A stretch of 20,510 nucleotides of DNA. Origin: Waddliaceae bacterium (lineage in GTDB: Bacteria; Chlamydiota; Chlamydiia; Chlamydiales; SLFE01). The position numbers were made by a program, and so were the translations under genes. The DNA lies in NCBI GenBank assembly GCA_963783885.1, contig CAWAPJ010000037.1:1-20510 (forward strand). The letters are read 5' to 3'. Every line of letters starts with the position of its first letter. Position 1 is the stretch's first letter. Under the pieces are notes generated by a model. That model made no database searches. It was given only the letters and a program-made list of their open reading frames with translations, and was not told the DNA's origin. Shown here in pieces: positions 7,902 to 20,023 of this stretch.

Positions 7902-9924
7902 ATGATTGTTAATGAATATTCAAACTATTCTGCTGCAGGGAATCAAAATTCATCCCTATTGGATCAATTAAGTGAAGACGTCGCATTAAAAAAACTTCTT
8001 GATAAAGGTGCGGGAGTTTCTGAAGGATACACTGTTCGTCAGCATACTAAACGGGTCCTCACAACAGCACAAAAATATAAAGAGACTTTTGAATCCGACG
8101 TTCTCAAGCTGGTTGAATGGGATGAGTTTTTATTGTTTTTAGCCCTTCACGATATTGGAAAAGGCAATGCCGCTGAACAAAACCTGCCGACGGCCCTTGC
8201 GTTTAAAGTTGCCGAACTTAGGGAAACTAGGGCTATTTTGACTGAAGTCATGAGCCGTTATTCTGTCAGCCCGGACAAGATCGACATTTTTTCCGCGATG
8301 CTCCTCTACGACACAATCGGCCTCTACCTCAAAGGGGAAATAGGGTGCGGCGAGGCATTCGATAATATCTTGGAAATGGCCAGATCTTGTAGAGTAGACC
8401 CAAGGGAGTTTTTCCCTCTTTTCCAAGCTTTCCATGCTGTTGATGCTGCTTCATATCCGGGGCTTATGCAGTCGATTTTTACGGTTAGGAAAGGAAAGCT
8501 TTGCCATATTGGGTTCAATCAATCCAAACTCGATGATCTAAACCGCCGCTTATGGCTTGCCTTTTTAGGACAGGGTTTTTCTTCACTGGAATTGAAAACT
8601 CATACAATACGAGAAAATCTTGAACCTCTTTTGGAATTTCTCCGAATGACAAACAAGGAAATGCTAGCAGGCATCCGCAATCGGCGCTATTATCAAAAAG
8701 TCAACAATTCTTTCGCAGCCCTATTTTCTACTAAAATTAAAGAATCTCAAATCAACGATTATCAGAAGCTGCTCCATTCTTTGGGAAGAGAGGATTTTCA
8801 AAAAGATACCATGGACGCACTGTTCCTTGGAAAAAAGACTCCGCTTGGAGACGAATTTTTTCATGAATTGATGAAATGAGAAAAAATTATGTTTGCCGCT
8901 ATTCAATTGCAACAGTAGAAGAGGCCATTCACAAACAAATTCAATTGATTTGGAAAAAGAAATTTGTAGCCGCTTCCGATAAGGATAAATTTCTTAACAA
9001 GGTTATTAATAGCGGTGGTTTTAAAATCTCAGAAGAAATTTTGTCTCTATTGAAAGTGACATTTCTTCATGGAACAAATTCAAACGTCCTTCCTATTCTG
9101 AAAGATACCGGAATGACCCTCTACCCTTCGGGTCGGCTAAAAAAACATCAAATTGTTCCCATGACGGGTGAGCTAAAAGACGGCTCTGTTAAAAATGGGG
9201 TGAATCAATATCTTATCTCAGGAACATCATTAGATGACGGGGTTCGAGCAATTCGTTATGCAATCGACCAAAATTTCTCTGCAGATATTAAAAGTGAAGG
9301 AGAGTATCTCGAGGGTTTGATAAATACCCTGGATTGGTGGGATCAATCGAGAGAGAAATTTTCAACAGCGTTTAAATCAGCAACTAAGGCTATAGATTGG
9401 AGGGGGCTCCCCAGGTATGCAGCCGCCATTAAGCGATTGCGCATATTTAAATCGGGAAAACTGAATGATTCAATGCCTCGAATAAAAGAAAGTATCAAGC
9501 TCGCTTTGCAAGATTTCCACAATTTCAAAAAGACAGATAAATATAAAAACCACCTCATGGAAAATGGCTATCACGACGCTTACTATGACAATAATTTTGC
9601 CTCCATGGAATCATCGCTTAAAGAGCTTGCCGACTCCTTAACCGATCCGGTGACAACTGTTGTCGATACAAGCGAGCCGTTTCCGATGATTTTCGGATCG
9701 ACGACCCTGGACAGAAAATGATTGATCACTCTGAAGAGTGCTCTGTGAAATCTGCGATTTTAGGCAAAGACATACAAATGATTTTTGTTCTGGAAAAGGA
9801 TAGGGATAAAATGAATGATTTAGAAAATTTACAGGTCTATTCAATCCGGCAGCTTTGCCAAGCGATTCTCTTCAACCAACTAGCGTCCCCCTATATGGCA
9901 GATATTATTGCAATGGCTGAATAA
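7902..9924 (+). CDS. ~674-aa protein with an N-terminal HD domain and a C-terminal HGT-type ART-like region; split here into 3 ORFs by two 1-nt deletions
   Basis: ORFs 7902-8879, 8876-9721 and 9718-9924 join in frame when the extra bases in the mirror arm are used (ATGAAATTGAGA at ~18930; GACACGAAAATG at ~18077). HD signature H48...LHD84IGKG...D181. C-terminal FLHGTNS...AIRYA...FPMIFG...EE. Confidence 0.72.
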
Positions 9925-10015
9925 AAACCATCTTTTGACTTCCTCAAAGAGATGAGAATTTGCTGATTGCGGGCGCCAAAGTTGGAGTTCAGACCCGACA
10001 ACCTCCTTTTCCCAT

Positions 10016-10666
10016 TTAAACGATTTTCTTTCCCGTATCCGCAGGGCTGATAATTGAAAAAGACCGGACAAAGGTTTGAAACTCACTATCATTGACTTTG
10101 TTGAAGCATTTAGGGAACCTATGGCCGGCCCAATAACGGTAAAATTCATTCCCTTTCAATTCATTGAAATCCGATAACGTATCCTTAGCCATCCACTTGA
10201 TCTCAGACAATTTGGCACTCGATGGAGGCGACATCTGATGCAAAAGAAGAAGGCCGTGTCTTCTTTTCGACAGATAATGGACCGCTAAAAAATACCTCCC
10301 TTTTTTGTCTCTTCCCCATGCAAAAACCCGCTTTTTCATTAAGGGGGTCAATTCAATGACTGAATTCTCTGTTATATCAAAGTTGCACGGTCGAATTCTG
10401 GGCATTTTCGCCGCGCGGTGATTTCCCAGGACTCCGGTGATAATAGCGGGAAAAATGTGCAGAAGAGCCTTTTTTTCAGCAATTTTACTAAAACGCTTGC
10501 AAACCAGCATAGTTCTGGCAAGATCTCCCAAATTGAGATTTGCAAAGACCATTTCCTGCAATTCATAAGGAATACGTGACAAAAATAAAGACGTTTGAGT
10601 CACGCCAACTTTTTTTTCTGAAGGTAAAATACTCCAAAAACACCAATTAGAAACCGTAGCTCCCAT
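10016..10666 (-). CDS. F-box domain protein (eukaryote-like, putative effector)
   Basis: LSRIPYELQEMVFANLNLGDLARTMLVCKRFSKIA fits the F-box consensus. AGGAG RBS upstream. The 3' end may be affected by a frameshift (the overlapping frame 9880-10149 is open). Confidence 0.85.
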   Translation of the reverse strand: MGATVSNWCFWSILPSEKKVGVTQTSLFLSRIPYELQEMVFANLNLGDLARTMLVCKRFSKIAEKKALLHIFPAIITGVLGNHRAAKMPRIRPCNFDITENSVIELTPLMKKRVFAWGRDKKGRYFLAVHYLSKRRHGLLLLHQMSPPSSAKLSEIKWMAKDTLSDFNELKGNEFYRYWAGHRFPKCFNKVNDSEFQTFVRSFSIISPADTGKKIV

Positions 10667-10800
10667 TTATCAACTCCTTGAATGAATTATTTTCTCAAAT
10701 TGACACATTTTTTGCACCTAACAAAATATTACAACAATCTTAATATAACTTTAATTTTATCATTTTATAGTAAATTTATATCAATTATTTAGTTTGCATT

Positions 10801-13730
10801 ATGAACCCTATTAAAAATAATATTACCACATTTCCTAAAGAGGATGACTCTTGGGTCGTACTCCCGACAACTCTAGAAGAGGAAACTCCGACAATAACAC
10901 ATGAATCCTCCCCTCCCAACAACCTGTTTTTAAGCATAACCAATATGCTAAGCTCCCTGCTTTGGGACGACACCCCAAAAGAACATCCGTTGATTTCTCA
11001 ATGCAGATCCCTTCTGCATCCCCTACCATCAACAATCCAATTTATATGAACCAATTAACGACGCTTCTCAATTCAGAAGAATTATCAAAAAAATTCGAAG
11101 CATTTCTGCGAGAAGCCGCTAATGCAAAAAAAAATAAAATACTCACGACTAAACTTCGACAAACCAAACTAACACTTCTAGACGAAATTACTTCAAAAGG
11201 AGTTCTCGATTATTTTTCCTTTCCAACTCTTGAGCACTTAATTAACTGCATTGCGATCGAACCTGTCATTAAAGAGACTATCATTTTTTCCCTTCAAGTG
11301 CTGCTAAAGCAAAACAAGCGGCAAGAAGAAAACACACAAGCAATTCAAAACAACCCTTTGGCGCCTCTTTTTGACAAAGTTTTGATTCAAAGAGGGTATA
11401 TAAAACATCCGATAAATCTTTACTGGAACAAAGCAAAAATCGAAAAAGCAAACGTTGTCATAGGATTTGCCTCTCCTATAAAGAAAGAAATGGAAATTTC
11501 AATTCCTCTTGGTTTAGAAGCCAAAGAGATTCCGGATGCCTTAAACTATCTTCTTATCAAAGCCAGAAATCAAAACATTCCGGAAACCTGCCTTCTCAAT
11601 GAAAAACAAAGGGAATTGCTTGATGCAAAATATCAGGAGATCAAAACACAAACCACATACCTTTTTTACAATTTCAAACTCAAACGATCCTTCAAAGGGT
11701 TCAAAATACCTCAAAGACAACACAGACGACATGCTAACTGAAACACATAAGCTGTAAGCGACCTCCTTTATAGAATCCAAGATAATTTCTCAGTCGAAAC
11801 GACCCAGGACATCATCGCTGAAAAATTTACCAACCTCGAAGCGGCCCAGGCCTTTGACGCCTTCCTTATCGACTGCATCAACGCAAAACATCTCTATGCT
11901 GCCTTGAAAAAACACAGAGAGCCCCTCGAGTGGGCAAGGCCCTCAATTATCAAAATGAAAGCTGCCAAAAACAGATTACTGAAATTAAAAAGCCAATTCA
12001 AAAATTCCCGGACAGTGATTCGTCTTGTCAACGATATTGAAAAGCAGACGATGGAAGCGACAAAACAAGCGAAAGTTGAAAGTTTGGCCTACAAACTTTG
12101 CAAGGCTCTGGATATCCCTCAGTGGTCGTCTTTTGGAAAAGACATTTGGAAAGCATGCCAGCGAGCAAAAAGCGATGTCCACTTTGTCGATACGTTGTCC
12201 CGTTTTATGCAAAGCTATGAGCAGGCACTCAAACTAAACAGCCAGTACCCCGATCACCCTGAAACGCTTAAAATCAATCAGCATCTTCAATCGCAATATT
12301 CAGCGCTTTGCGACTCAAAATCCTCAAATAACGAACTTGCAGAAGCCTTGTTCTCTCTTATGCAAAAAGGGTATGCCAAATGGATTAAGATCGAGACACC
12401 TCAGGAAAAAGTTCTCCAGGAAAGAATGGCCGATTTTCTGCACATTGATCCACGGAACTTGCCATCAATGAACTATTCAACGCGGCAAGAAAAAATCAGA
12501 GGTTATACACATCTTTGGAAAAATTTCTCCAAAACGTGGATAATCAGCGGGAAAGCAACAGAAAACAATTACAAAACTGCAATCCGCTCGAAGATGAGCG
12601 GAAAATTCTTGAAGAGATCATTAACGAAGCACCGGAGAAAAATTCAGGATATTTTTAACCAAAATCTACTTGAGTTCAACGGCATTGCCATACAATCCTA
12701 CCCGCCCCTCATCTTTAAATCTGACTGATACTCTTCTTCAGGACATGGGTTGGATCTTGAGCGATGATATTTGGATCAAAATTGAGAACAACGACAAGCA
12801 CTGCCGCGCCGTACTTTCTGCCCCTTCAGGGCAGAATCCCGCTTTTTTAAAGCCAGGCAAATGACACTTGCTTCGTCAAATGATGATCAAATCCAGGATG
12901 CCTACAACCAATTTCAACTAAAAATGCCAGGGGCTCTCAACTCTGTGAAAATTTCCTTTTTATCTGCGTTTAAACAAAGAGTTCATGAGACAGCAGGTTT
13001 TAACATTTTCCCGAAAAGATGAATTATTTGGAAAAGATGCTTTCCACAATAGACCAACGGCGGGATCATCTGCTTGATAGAGAAAAGACAAGGAGTCTCT
13101 TTTATGAATTAGCTGTAAACTACCACTACAAGAATCGCTTCTTATCTCCAATCAAATCAGTTGAAGCTTTGACAATGCCCAGTGAAATTACCCACATTGT
13201 CAACAGCCCCACTTCCCACTTTGCTGAAACCGCAGACCCCGTTGAGATTCATGGTGAAAACATTGTGCTCACCAATGAATTTATCAAGGATTTTAATCGC
13301 GAAAAAATCTTCATCAACGGAGTCCGAAAAAATATGGTGTAGAATTCGAGAGGTGACCTCAATGGAAGTTTTTTTAAGTGAACTTCTCAGCCTTGGAGCA
13401 CGCCCTCAAGATATCTCAAAAATACTTAACTTATGCATGCAAACGATTTCTGGAGGCGAGATGGCTTCCACCGAGCTTTACAAATATCAAACATGCTCAA
13501 CAAGACTTAAAAGCGCCCTGGACCTAAACCCGAATATCATCGTAAATGATGCCGGTGATTTGCTGCTCACCATTGAATATAGAAAACCTTTGGAATCTAA
13601 CGAAGACGAGTCTCAAAACAAGGGTCATCTCGTCACAAAACTCATCTGCGATTTTGCAATTTCAGAAGGCAGCAAAATCGACTACGACAGAGGCGATCTG
13701 CACGTCATCCACTTCATTGATAATGGTTAG
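10801..13730 (+). CDS. Large (~975 aa) hypothetical protein, fragmented by several apparent sequencing indels
   Basis: Consecutive same-strand ORF pieces (10801-11049, 10962-11741, 11904-12728, 12670-12864, 13019-13342, 13182-13730). The mirror arm restores the frame at ~11000, ~11710/11750, ~12862, ~13006 and ~13330. The break at ~12718 is present in both arms. Confidence 0.6.
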
Positions 13731-14009
13731 TCTTTGATAAAATCCGCTTCCAAAGCTTCGCTCAGCTGCTGGCTATGATCATTTTGCCAGGTTTGGAATT
13801 CAGCTATCAGCTTTTTATTAACTTATACTTCTTCATGGTAATGATTTCTTACATCTTGCAATGCTTTTGCAAAATCATTTGCAAGATGTAAGAAATCATT
13901 ACCATGAAGAAGTATAAGTTAATAAAAAGCTGATAGCTGAATTCCAAACCTGGCAGAATGATCATAGCCAGCAGCTGAGCGAAGCTTTGGAAGCGGATTT
14001 TATCAAAGA

Positions 14010-16978
14010 CTAACCATTATCAATGAAGTGGATGACGTGCAGAATCGCCTCTGTCGTAGTCGATTTTGCTGCCTTCTGAAATTGCAAAATCGCAGATGGT
14101 TTTATAACCTACCCTTGTTTTGAACCAGTTATTTGATTTCAGATTCCCAAAAGGTTTTTTTTATTTAATCATAACACAAATCACAGGCATCATTTACGAT
14201 GATACTCGGGTTTAGGTCCAGGGTGCGTTTAAGTCTTGTTGAGCATGTTTGATATTTGTAAAGCTCGGTGGAAGCCCATGTCGCCTCCAGAAATCGTTTG
14301 CATGCAGAAACGAAGTATTTTTGAGATATCTTGAGGGCGTGCTCCAAGGCTGAGAAGTTCACTTAAAAAAACTTCCATTGAGGTCAATTCCTTGAATTCT
14401 ACACCATATTTTTGCACTCCGTTGATGAAGATTTTTTCGCGATTAAAATCCTTGATAAATTCTGATTGGTGGAGCACGATGTTTTCACCATGAATCTCGA
14501 ACGGGGTCTGCGGTTTCGGCGAAACGGGAAGTGGGGCTGTTAGATGTGGCAATTTCACTGGGCATTGTCAAAGCTTCTATTTGATTGGAGATAAGAAACA
14601 ATCTTGTAGTGGTAGTTTACAGCTAATTCATAGAAAAAGAGACTCCTTGTCTTTTCTCTATCGAGCAGGAATCAGATCCCGCCGTTGGTCTATTGTGGAA
14701 AGCATCTTTTCCAAATAATTCATCTTTTCGGGAATGTTAAAACCTATGCTGTTCATGAACTCTTTGTTTAAACGCAGATGAAAGGAAATTTTCACAGAGT
14801 TGAGAGCCCCTGACCATTTTTAGTTGAAATTGGTTGTAGGCATCCTGGATTTGATCATCATTTGACGAAGCAAGTGTCCATTTGCCTGGCTTTAAAAAAC
14901 GGGGTTGCTCCCCTGAAGGGGCAAATAGTATGCGGCAGTGCTTGTCGTTGTTCTCAATTTTGATCCAAATATCATCGCTCAAGATCCAACCCATGTCCTG
15001 AAGAAGAGTATGAGTCAGATTTAAAGATGAGGGGCGGGTAGGATTGTATGGCAATGCCGTTGAAGCTGGAGACAATTTTGTTAAAAGATCCCAGAGATTT
15101 TTCTCCGGGTGCTTCGTTAATGATCTCTTCAAGAATTTTCCGCTGATCTTGGAGCAGAATGCAGTTTTGTAATTGTTTTCTGTTGCTTTCCCGCTGATTA
15201 TCCACGTTTTGGAGAAATTTTTCCAAAGATGTGTATAACCTCTGATTTTTTCTTCCCCGAGTTGAATAGTTCATTGATGGCAAGTTCCGGTGGATCAATG
15301 TGCAGAAAATGGGCCATTGTTTTCCTAGAGAGGGTTTTCCTGAGGTGTTCTCGATCTTCCTAATCCATTTGGACCATACCTTTTGCTTAGGAGAGAACAA
15401 GGCTTCTCCAGTACCCAGTTATTTGAGGATTTTGAGTCACAACGTGGACGTGTGCGATTGAAGATGCTGATTGATTTTAAGCGTTTCAGGGTGATCGGGG
15501 TACTGGCTGTTTAGTTTGAGTGCCTGCTGATAGCTTTGCATAAAACGGAGCAACGTATCGACAAAGTGGACATCGCTTTTTTGCTGGTTGGCATGCTTTC
15601 CAAAATGTCTTTTCCGAAAAGACGACCACTGAGGGATATCCAGAGCCTTGCAAAGTTTGTAGGCCAAACTTTCAACTTTCGCTTGTTTTGTCGCTTTTCC
15701 ATCGTCTGCTTTTCAATATCGTTGACAAGACGAAAATACGCTCTAGGGAATTTTCTACGAATTTGGCTTTTTAATTTCAGTAATCTGTTTTTGGCAGCTT
15801 TCATTTTGATAATTGAGGGCCTTGCCCACTCGAGGGGCTCTCTGTGTTTTTTCACGACAACATAGAGATGTTTTGCGTTGATGCAGTCGATAAGGAAGGC
15901 GTGGAAAAGGCCTGGGCCGCTTCAAGGTACAGTAATTTTTTCAGCTGGGATGTCCTGGGTGACTTCAACTGAGAAATTATCTTGGATTCTATAAAGAGGT
16001 CGGAAGCAGCCTTATGTGCTTCAGTTAGCATATAGTTATCATATTGTTTTTGAGGATCATTTTGAACCCTTTTGAGGATTGTTTGAGAGTGAAATTGTAA
16101 AAAAGGTATGTGGTTTGTGTTTTGATCTCCTGATATTTTGCATCAAGCAATATTATGTTTTCCATTGAGAAGGCAGGTTTCCCGGGATGGGCTGATTTCT
16201 GGCTTTGATAAGAAGAATCAGTTTAAGGCATCCGGAATCTCTTTTGGCTTCTAAACCTAGAGGAAATAAAATTTTCCATTTCTTTCTTTATAGGAGAGGC
16301 AAATCCTATGACAACATTTTACTTTTCAATTTTTGCTTTGTTTCCAGTAAAGATTTATCGGATGTTTTATTATACCCTCTTTGAATCAAAACTTTGTCAA
16401 AAAGAGGCGCCAAAGGGTTGTTTTGAATTGCTTTTGTGTTTTCTTCTTGCCGCTTGTTTTGCTTTAGCAGCAGCTTGAAGGGAAAAAATGATAGTCTCTT
16501 TAATGACAGGGTTCGATCGCAATGCAGTTAATTAAGTGCTCAAGAGTTGGAAAGGAAAAATAATAGAAAAGTCCTTTTGAAGTGATTTCGTCTAGAAGTG
16601 TTTTCCTGGTTTGTGGAACTTTTAGTGGTCAGAGTATTTTATTTTTTTTTGCATTAGCGGCTTCTGGCTTAAATGCTTCGAATTTTTTTGATAATTCTTC
16701 TGAATTGAGAACGTCCGTTAATTGGTTCATATAATTGGATTGTCAATGGGCAGGGGATGCAGAAGGATGTGCATTTGAGAAATAAACAGATTTTCTTTTG
16801 GGGTGTCAATCTACCAACAAGGAGCTTAGCATATTGGTTATGCTTAAAAACAGGTTGTTGGGAGGGGAGGATTCATGCGTTATTGTCGGAGTTTCCTCTT
16901 CTAGAGTTGTGGGGGTACAGACCCAAGAGTCAGTGCCTCTTTAGGAAATGTGGTAATATTATTTTTAATCAGTACCAT
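14010..16978 (-). other. Error-rich mirror copy of the 10801-13730 gene
   Basis: ORF fragments reproduce the same peptides (KKHREPLEWARPSIIKMK, PQDISKIL, QDMGWILSDDIWIK). Confidence 0.9.
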
Positions 16979-17114
16979 GACCAATATTAGAAATAATTGA
17001 TATAAATTTACTATAAAATGATAAAATTAAAGTTATATTAAGATTGTTGTAATATTTTGTTAGGTGCAAAAAATGTGTCAATTTGAGAAAATAATTCATT
17101 CAAGGAGTTGATAA

Positions 17115-17775
17115 ATGGGAGCTACAGTTTTCTAATTCGTGTTTTTGGAGTCTTTACCTTCAGAAAAAAAAGTTGGCGTGACTGGAAAACGTCTTTATTT
17201 TTGTCACGTATTCCTTATGAATTGCAGGAAATGGTCTTTGCAAATCTCAATTTGGGAGATCTTGCAGAACTATCCTGGTTTGGGAGAAGCGTTTTAGTAA
17301 AATTGCTGAAAAAAAGGCTCTTCTGCACATTTTTCCCGCTATTATCACCAGAGTCGTGGGAAATCGCCGCGTGGCTGAGATACCCAGAACTCGACCGTGC
17401 AACTTTGATATAACAGAGAATTCAGTCATTGAATTGACCCCCCCTTAATGAAAAAGCGGGTTTTTGCATGGGGAAGAGGACGAAAAAGGGAGGTATTTTT
17501 TAGCGGTCCATTCTTTGTTGAAAAGAAGACGCGGCCTTCTTTCTTTGCCGTCAGATGTCGCCTCCATCGAGTGGGAAATTGTCTGAGATCAAGTGGATGG
17601 CTAAGGATACGTTATCAGATTGGAATGAATTGAAAGGGAATGAATTTTACCGTTATTGGGCCGGCCATAGGTTCCTCAATGTTCAACAAAGTCAATGATA
17701 GTGAGTTTCAAACCTTTTATTGCCAGTTCTTTTTTCAATTATAAGCCCTCGGATGCGGGAAAGAAAATCGTTTAA
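17115..17775 (+). other. Error-rich mirror copy of the F-box gene
   Basis: TSLFLSRIPYELQEMVFANLNLGDLA is repeated, with many indels. Confidence 0.9.
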
Positions 17776-17871
17776 ATGAGAAAAGGAGGTTGTCGGGTCT
17801 GAACTCCAACTTTGGCGGCCGAAATCAGCAAAATTGTCATCTTCTTTGAGGAAGTCAAAGGATCCGTTTTT

Positions 17872-19917
17872 GTACGAGCCATTGCGATGGTGTCTCCCAT
17901 ATAGGGGGACGCTAGTTGGTTGAAGAGAATCGCTTGGCAAAGCTGCCGGGGGGGGGGTATAAATTTTCTAAATCATTCATTTTATCCCTATCCTTTTCCA
18001 GAACAAAAATCATTTGTATGTCTTTGCCTAAATCACAGATTTCACGGGGGTTTTTTCAGAGTGATCAATCATTTTCGTGTCCAGGGTGGTCAAATCCGAA
18101 AATCATGGGAAAGTAAGCGCTTGTATCGACAACAGTTGTCACCGGATCGGTTGAGGATTCCGCAAGCTCTTTAAGCGATGATTCCATGGAGGCAAAATTA
18201 TTGTCATAGTAAGCGTCGTGATAGCCATTTTCCCATGAGGTCGTTTTTATATTTATCTGTCTTTTTGAAATTGTGGAAATCTTGCAAACAGAGCTTGATA
18301 TTGTCTTTTATTCGAGGCATTGAATTTTTCAGTTTTCCCGATTTAAATATGCGCAATCGCTTAATGGCGGCTGCATACCTGGGGAGCCCCCTGCCAATCT
18401 ATAGCCTGAGTTGCACGATTTAAACGCTGTTGAAAATTTCTCTCTCGATTTGATCCCGCCGAATCCCGGGTTTCTCTCGAACCCCTCGAGATACTATTAC
18501 CTCACTTTTAATATCTGCAGAGAAATTTTGGTGCGATTGCATAACGAATTGCTCAAACCCGTCATCTAATGATGTTCCTGAGATAAGATATTGATTCACC
18601 CCATTTTTAACAGAGCCGTCTTTGACTCACCCGTCATGGGAACAATTTTGATGTTTTTTTAGCCGACCCGAAGGTCAGGGTCATTTTTCCCGGTATCCTT
18701 CAGAATAGGAAGGACGTTTGAATTTGTTCATGAAGAAATGTCTTTGCAATAGGAAAACAAAACTTCTTCTGTGATTTTAAAACCACCGCTATTAATAACC
18801 TTGTTAAGAAATTTATCCTTATCGGAAGCGGGGGACCATAAATTTCTTTTTTCCAAATCAATTGAATTTGTTTGTGAATGGCCTCTTCTACTGTTGCAAT
18901 TGAATAACGGCAAACATAATTTTTTCTCAATTTCATCAATTCATGAAAAAATTCGTTCTCCAAGCGGAGTCTTTTTTCCAAGGTACGTTGCGTCCATGGT
19001 ATCTTTTTGAAAATCCTCTCTTCCCAAAGAATGGGAGCAGACTTCTGATAATCGTTGATTTGAGATTCTTTAATTTTAGTAGAAAATAGGGCTACGAAAA
19101 GAATTGTTAAAAATAGCACGCGCCGATTGCAGATACTGCTAGGCATTTCCTTGTTTGTCATTCGGAGAAATTCCAAAAGAGGTTCAAAATTTTCTGGTCA
19201 TTGTATGAGTTTTCAATTCCAGTGAAGAAAAACCCTGTCCTAAAAAAGGCAGACCATAAGCGGCGGTTTAGATCATCGAGTTTCGACTGATTGAACCCAA
19301 TATGGCAAAGCTTTCCCTTTCCTAACCGTAAATCGACTGGTTAAGGCCCCGGATATGAAGCAGCGTGGACGGCGTGGAAAGCTTGGAAAAGAGGGAAAAA
19401 CTCCTTGTTCTGCTCTTACAAGATCTGGCCATTTCCAAGATATTATCGAATGCCTCGCCGCACCCTATTTCCCCTTTGAGGTAGAGGCCGATTGTGTCGT
19501 AGAGGAGCATCGCGGAAAAAATGTCGTTCTTATTGCCGGGCTAACAGATGACGGGGCATTGACTTCAGTCAAAATAGCCCTAGTTTCCCTAAGTTCGGCA
19601 ACTTTAAACGCAAGGGCCGTCGGCAGGTTTTGTTCAGCGGCATTGCCTTTTCCAATATCGTGAAGGGCTAAAAACAATCAAAAAAAACTCATCCCATTCA
19701 ACCAGCTTGAGAACGTCGGATTCAAAAGTCTCTTTAAAAATCTTTGTGCTGTTGTGAGGACCCCGTTTAGTGGTGCTGACGAACAGTGTATCCTTCAGAA
19801 ACTTCCCACAGGCCTTTTTATCAAGAAGTTTTTTTAATGCGACGTCTTCACTTAATTGATCCAATAGGGATGAGGGGGGTTTACAGCAGAATAGTTTGAA
19901 TATTCATTAACAATCAT
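17872..19917 (-). other. Error-rich mirror copy of the HD/ART-like gene
   Basis: FLALHDIGKGNAAEQ and HELMKLRKNYVCRYS are repeated. The left end is approximate. Confidence 0.9.
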
Positions 19918-20023
19918 TTTTAAATGATATAGGGAATCTGTTAAGAAATGATAAATCTATATTAATTTTTTCTTAATAATTAATTGTTATAATTTATTTT
20001 TTAATTAAAAATAAGCGTTTCAA

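Noticed and set aside
7902..8879. Cas3 HD nuclease / CRISPR locus
   Set aside because: The LHDIGK motif is generic to HD proteins. No helicase motifs, other cas genes or repeat-spacer array are present.
7902..13730. Pseudogene decay, programmed frameshifting or stop-codon recoding
   Set aside because: The breaks are frame changes rather than in-frame stops, and most are corrected by the mirror arm. Upstream genes translate cleanly with the standard code.
13856..13884. Link between the apex (TTGCAA/TTTTGCAAAA) and the MITE TIR (CTTGCAAAA)
   Set aside because: The match is only 7-9 bp, and TTTTGCAAAA also occurs inside ordinary coding sequence (e.g. ~453 and ~512).
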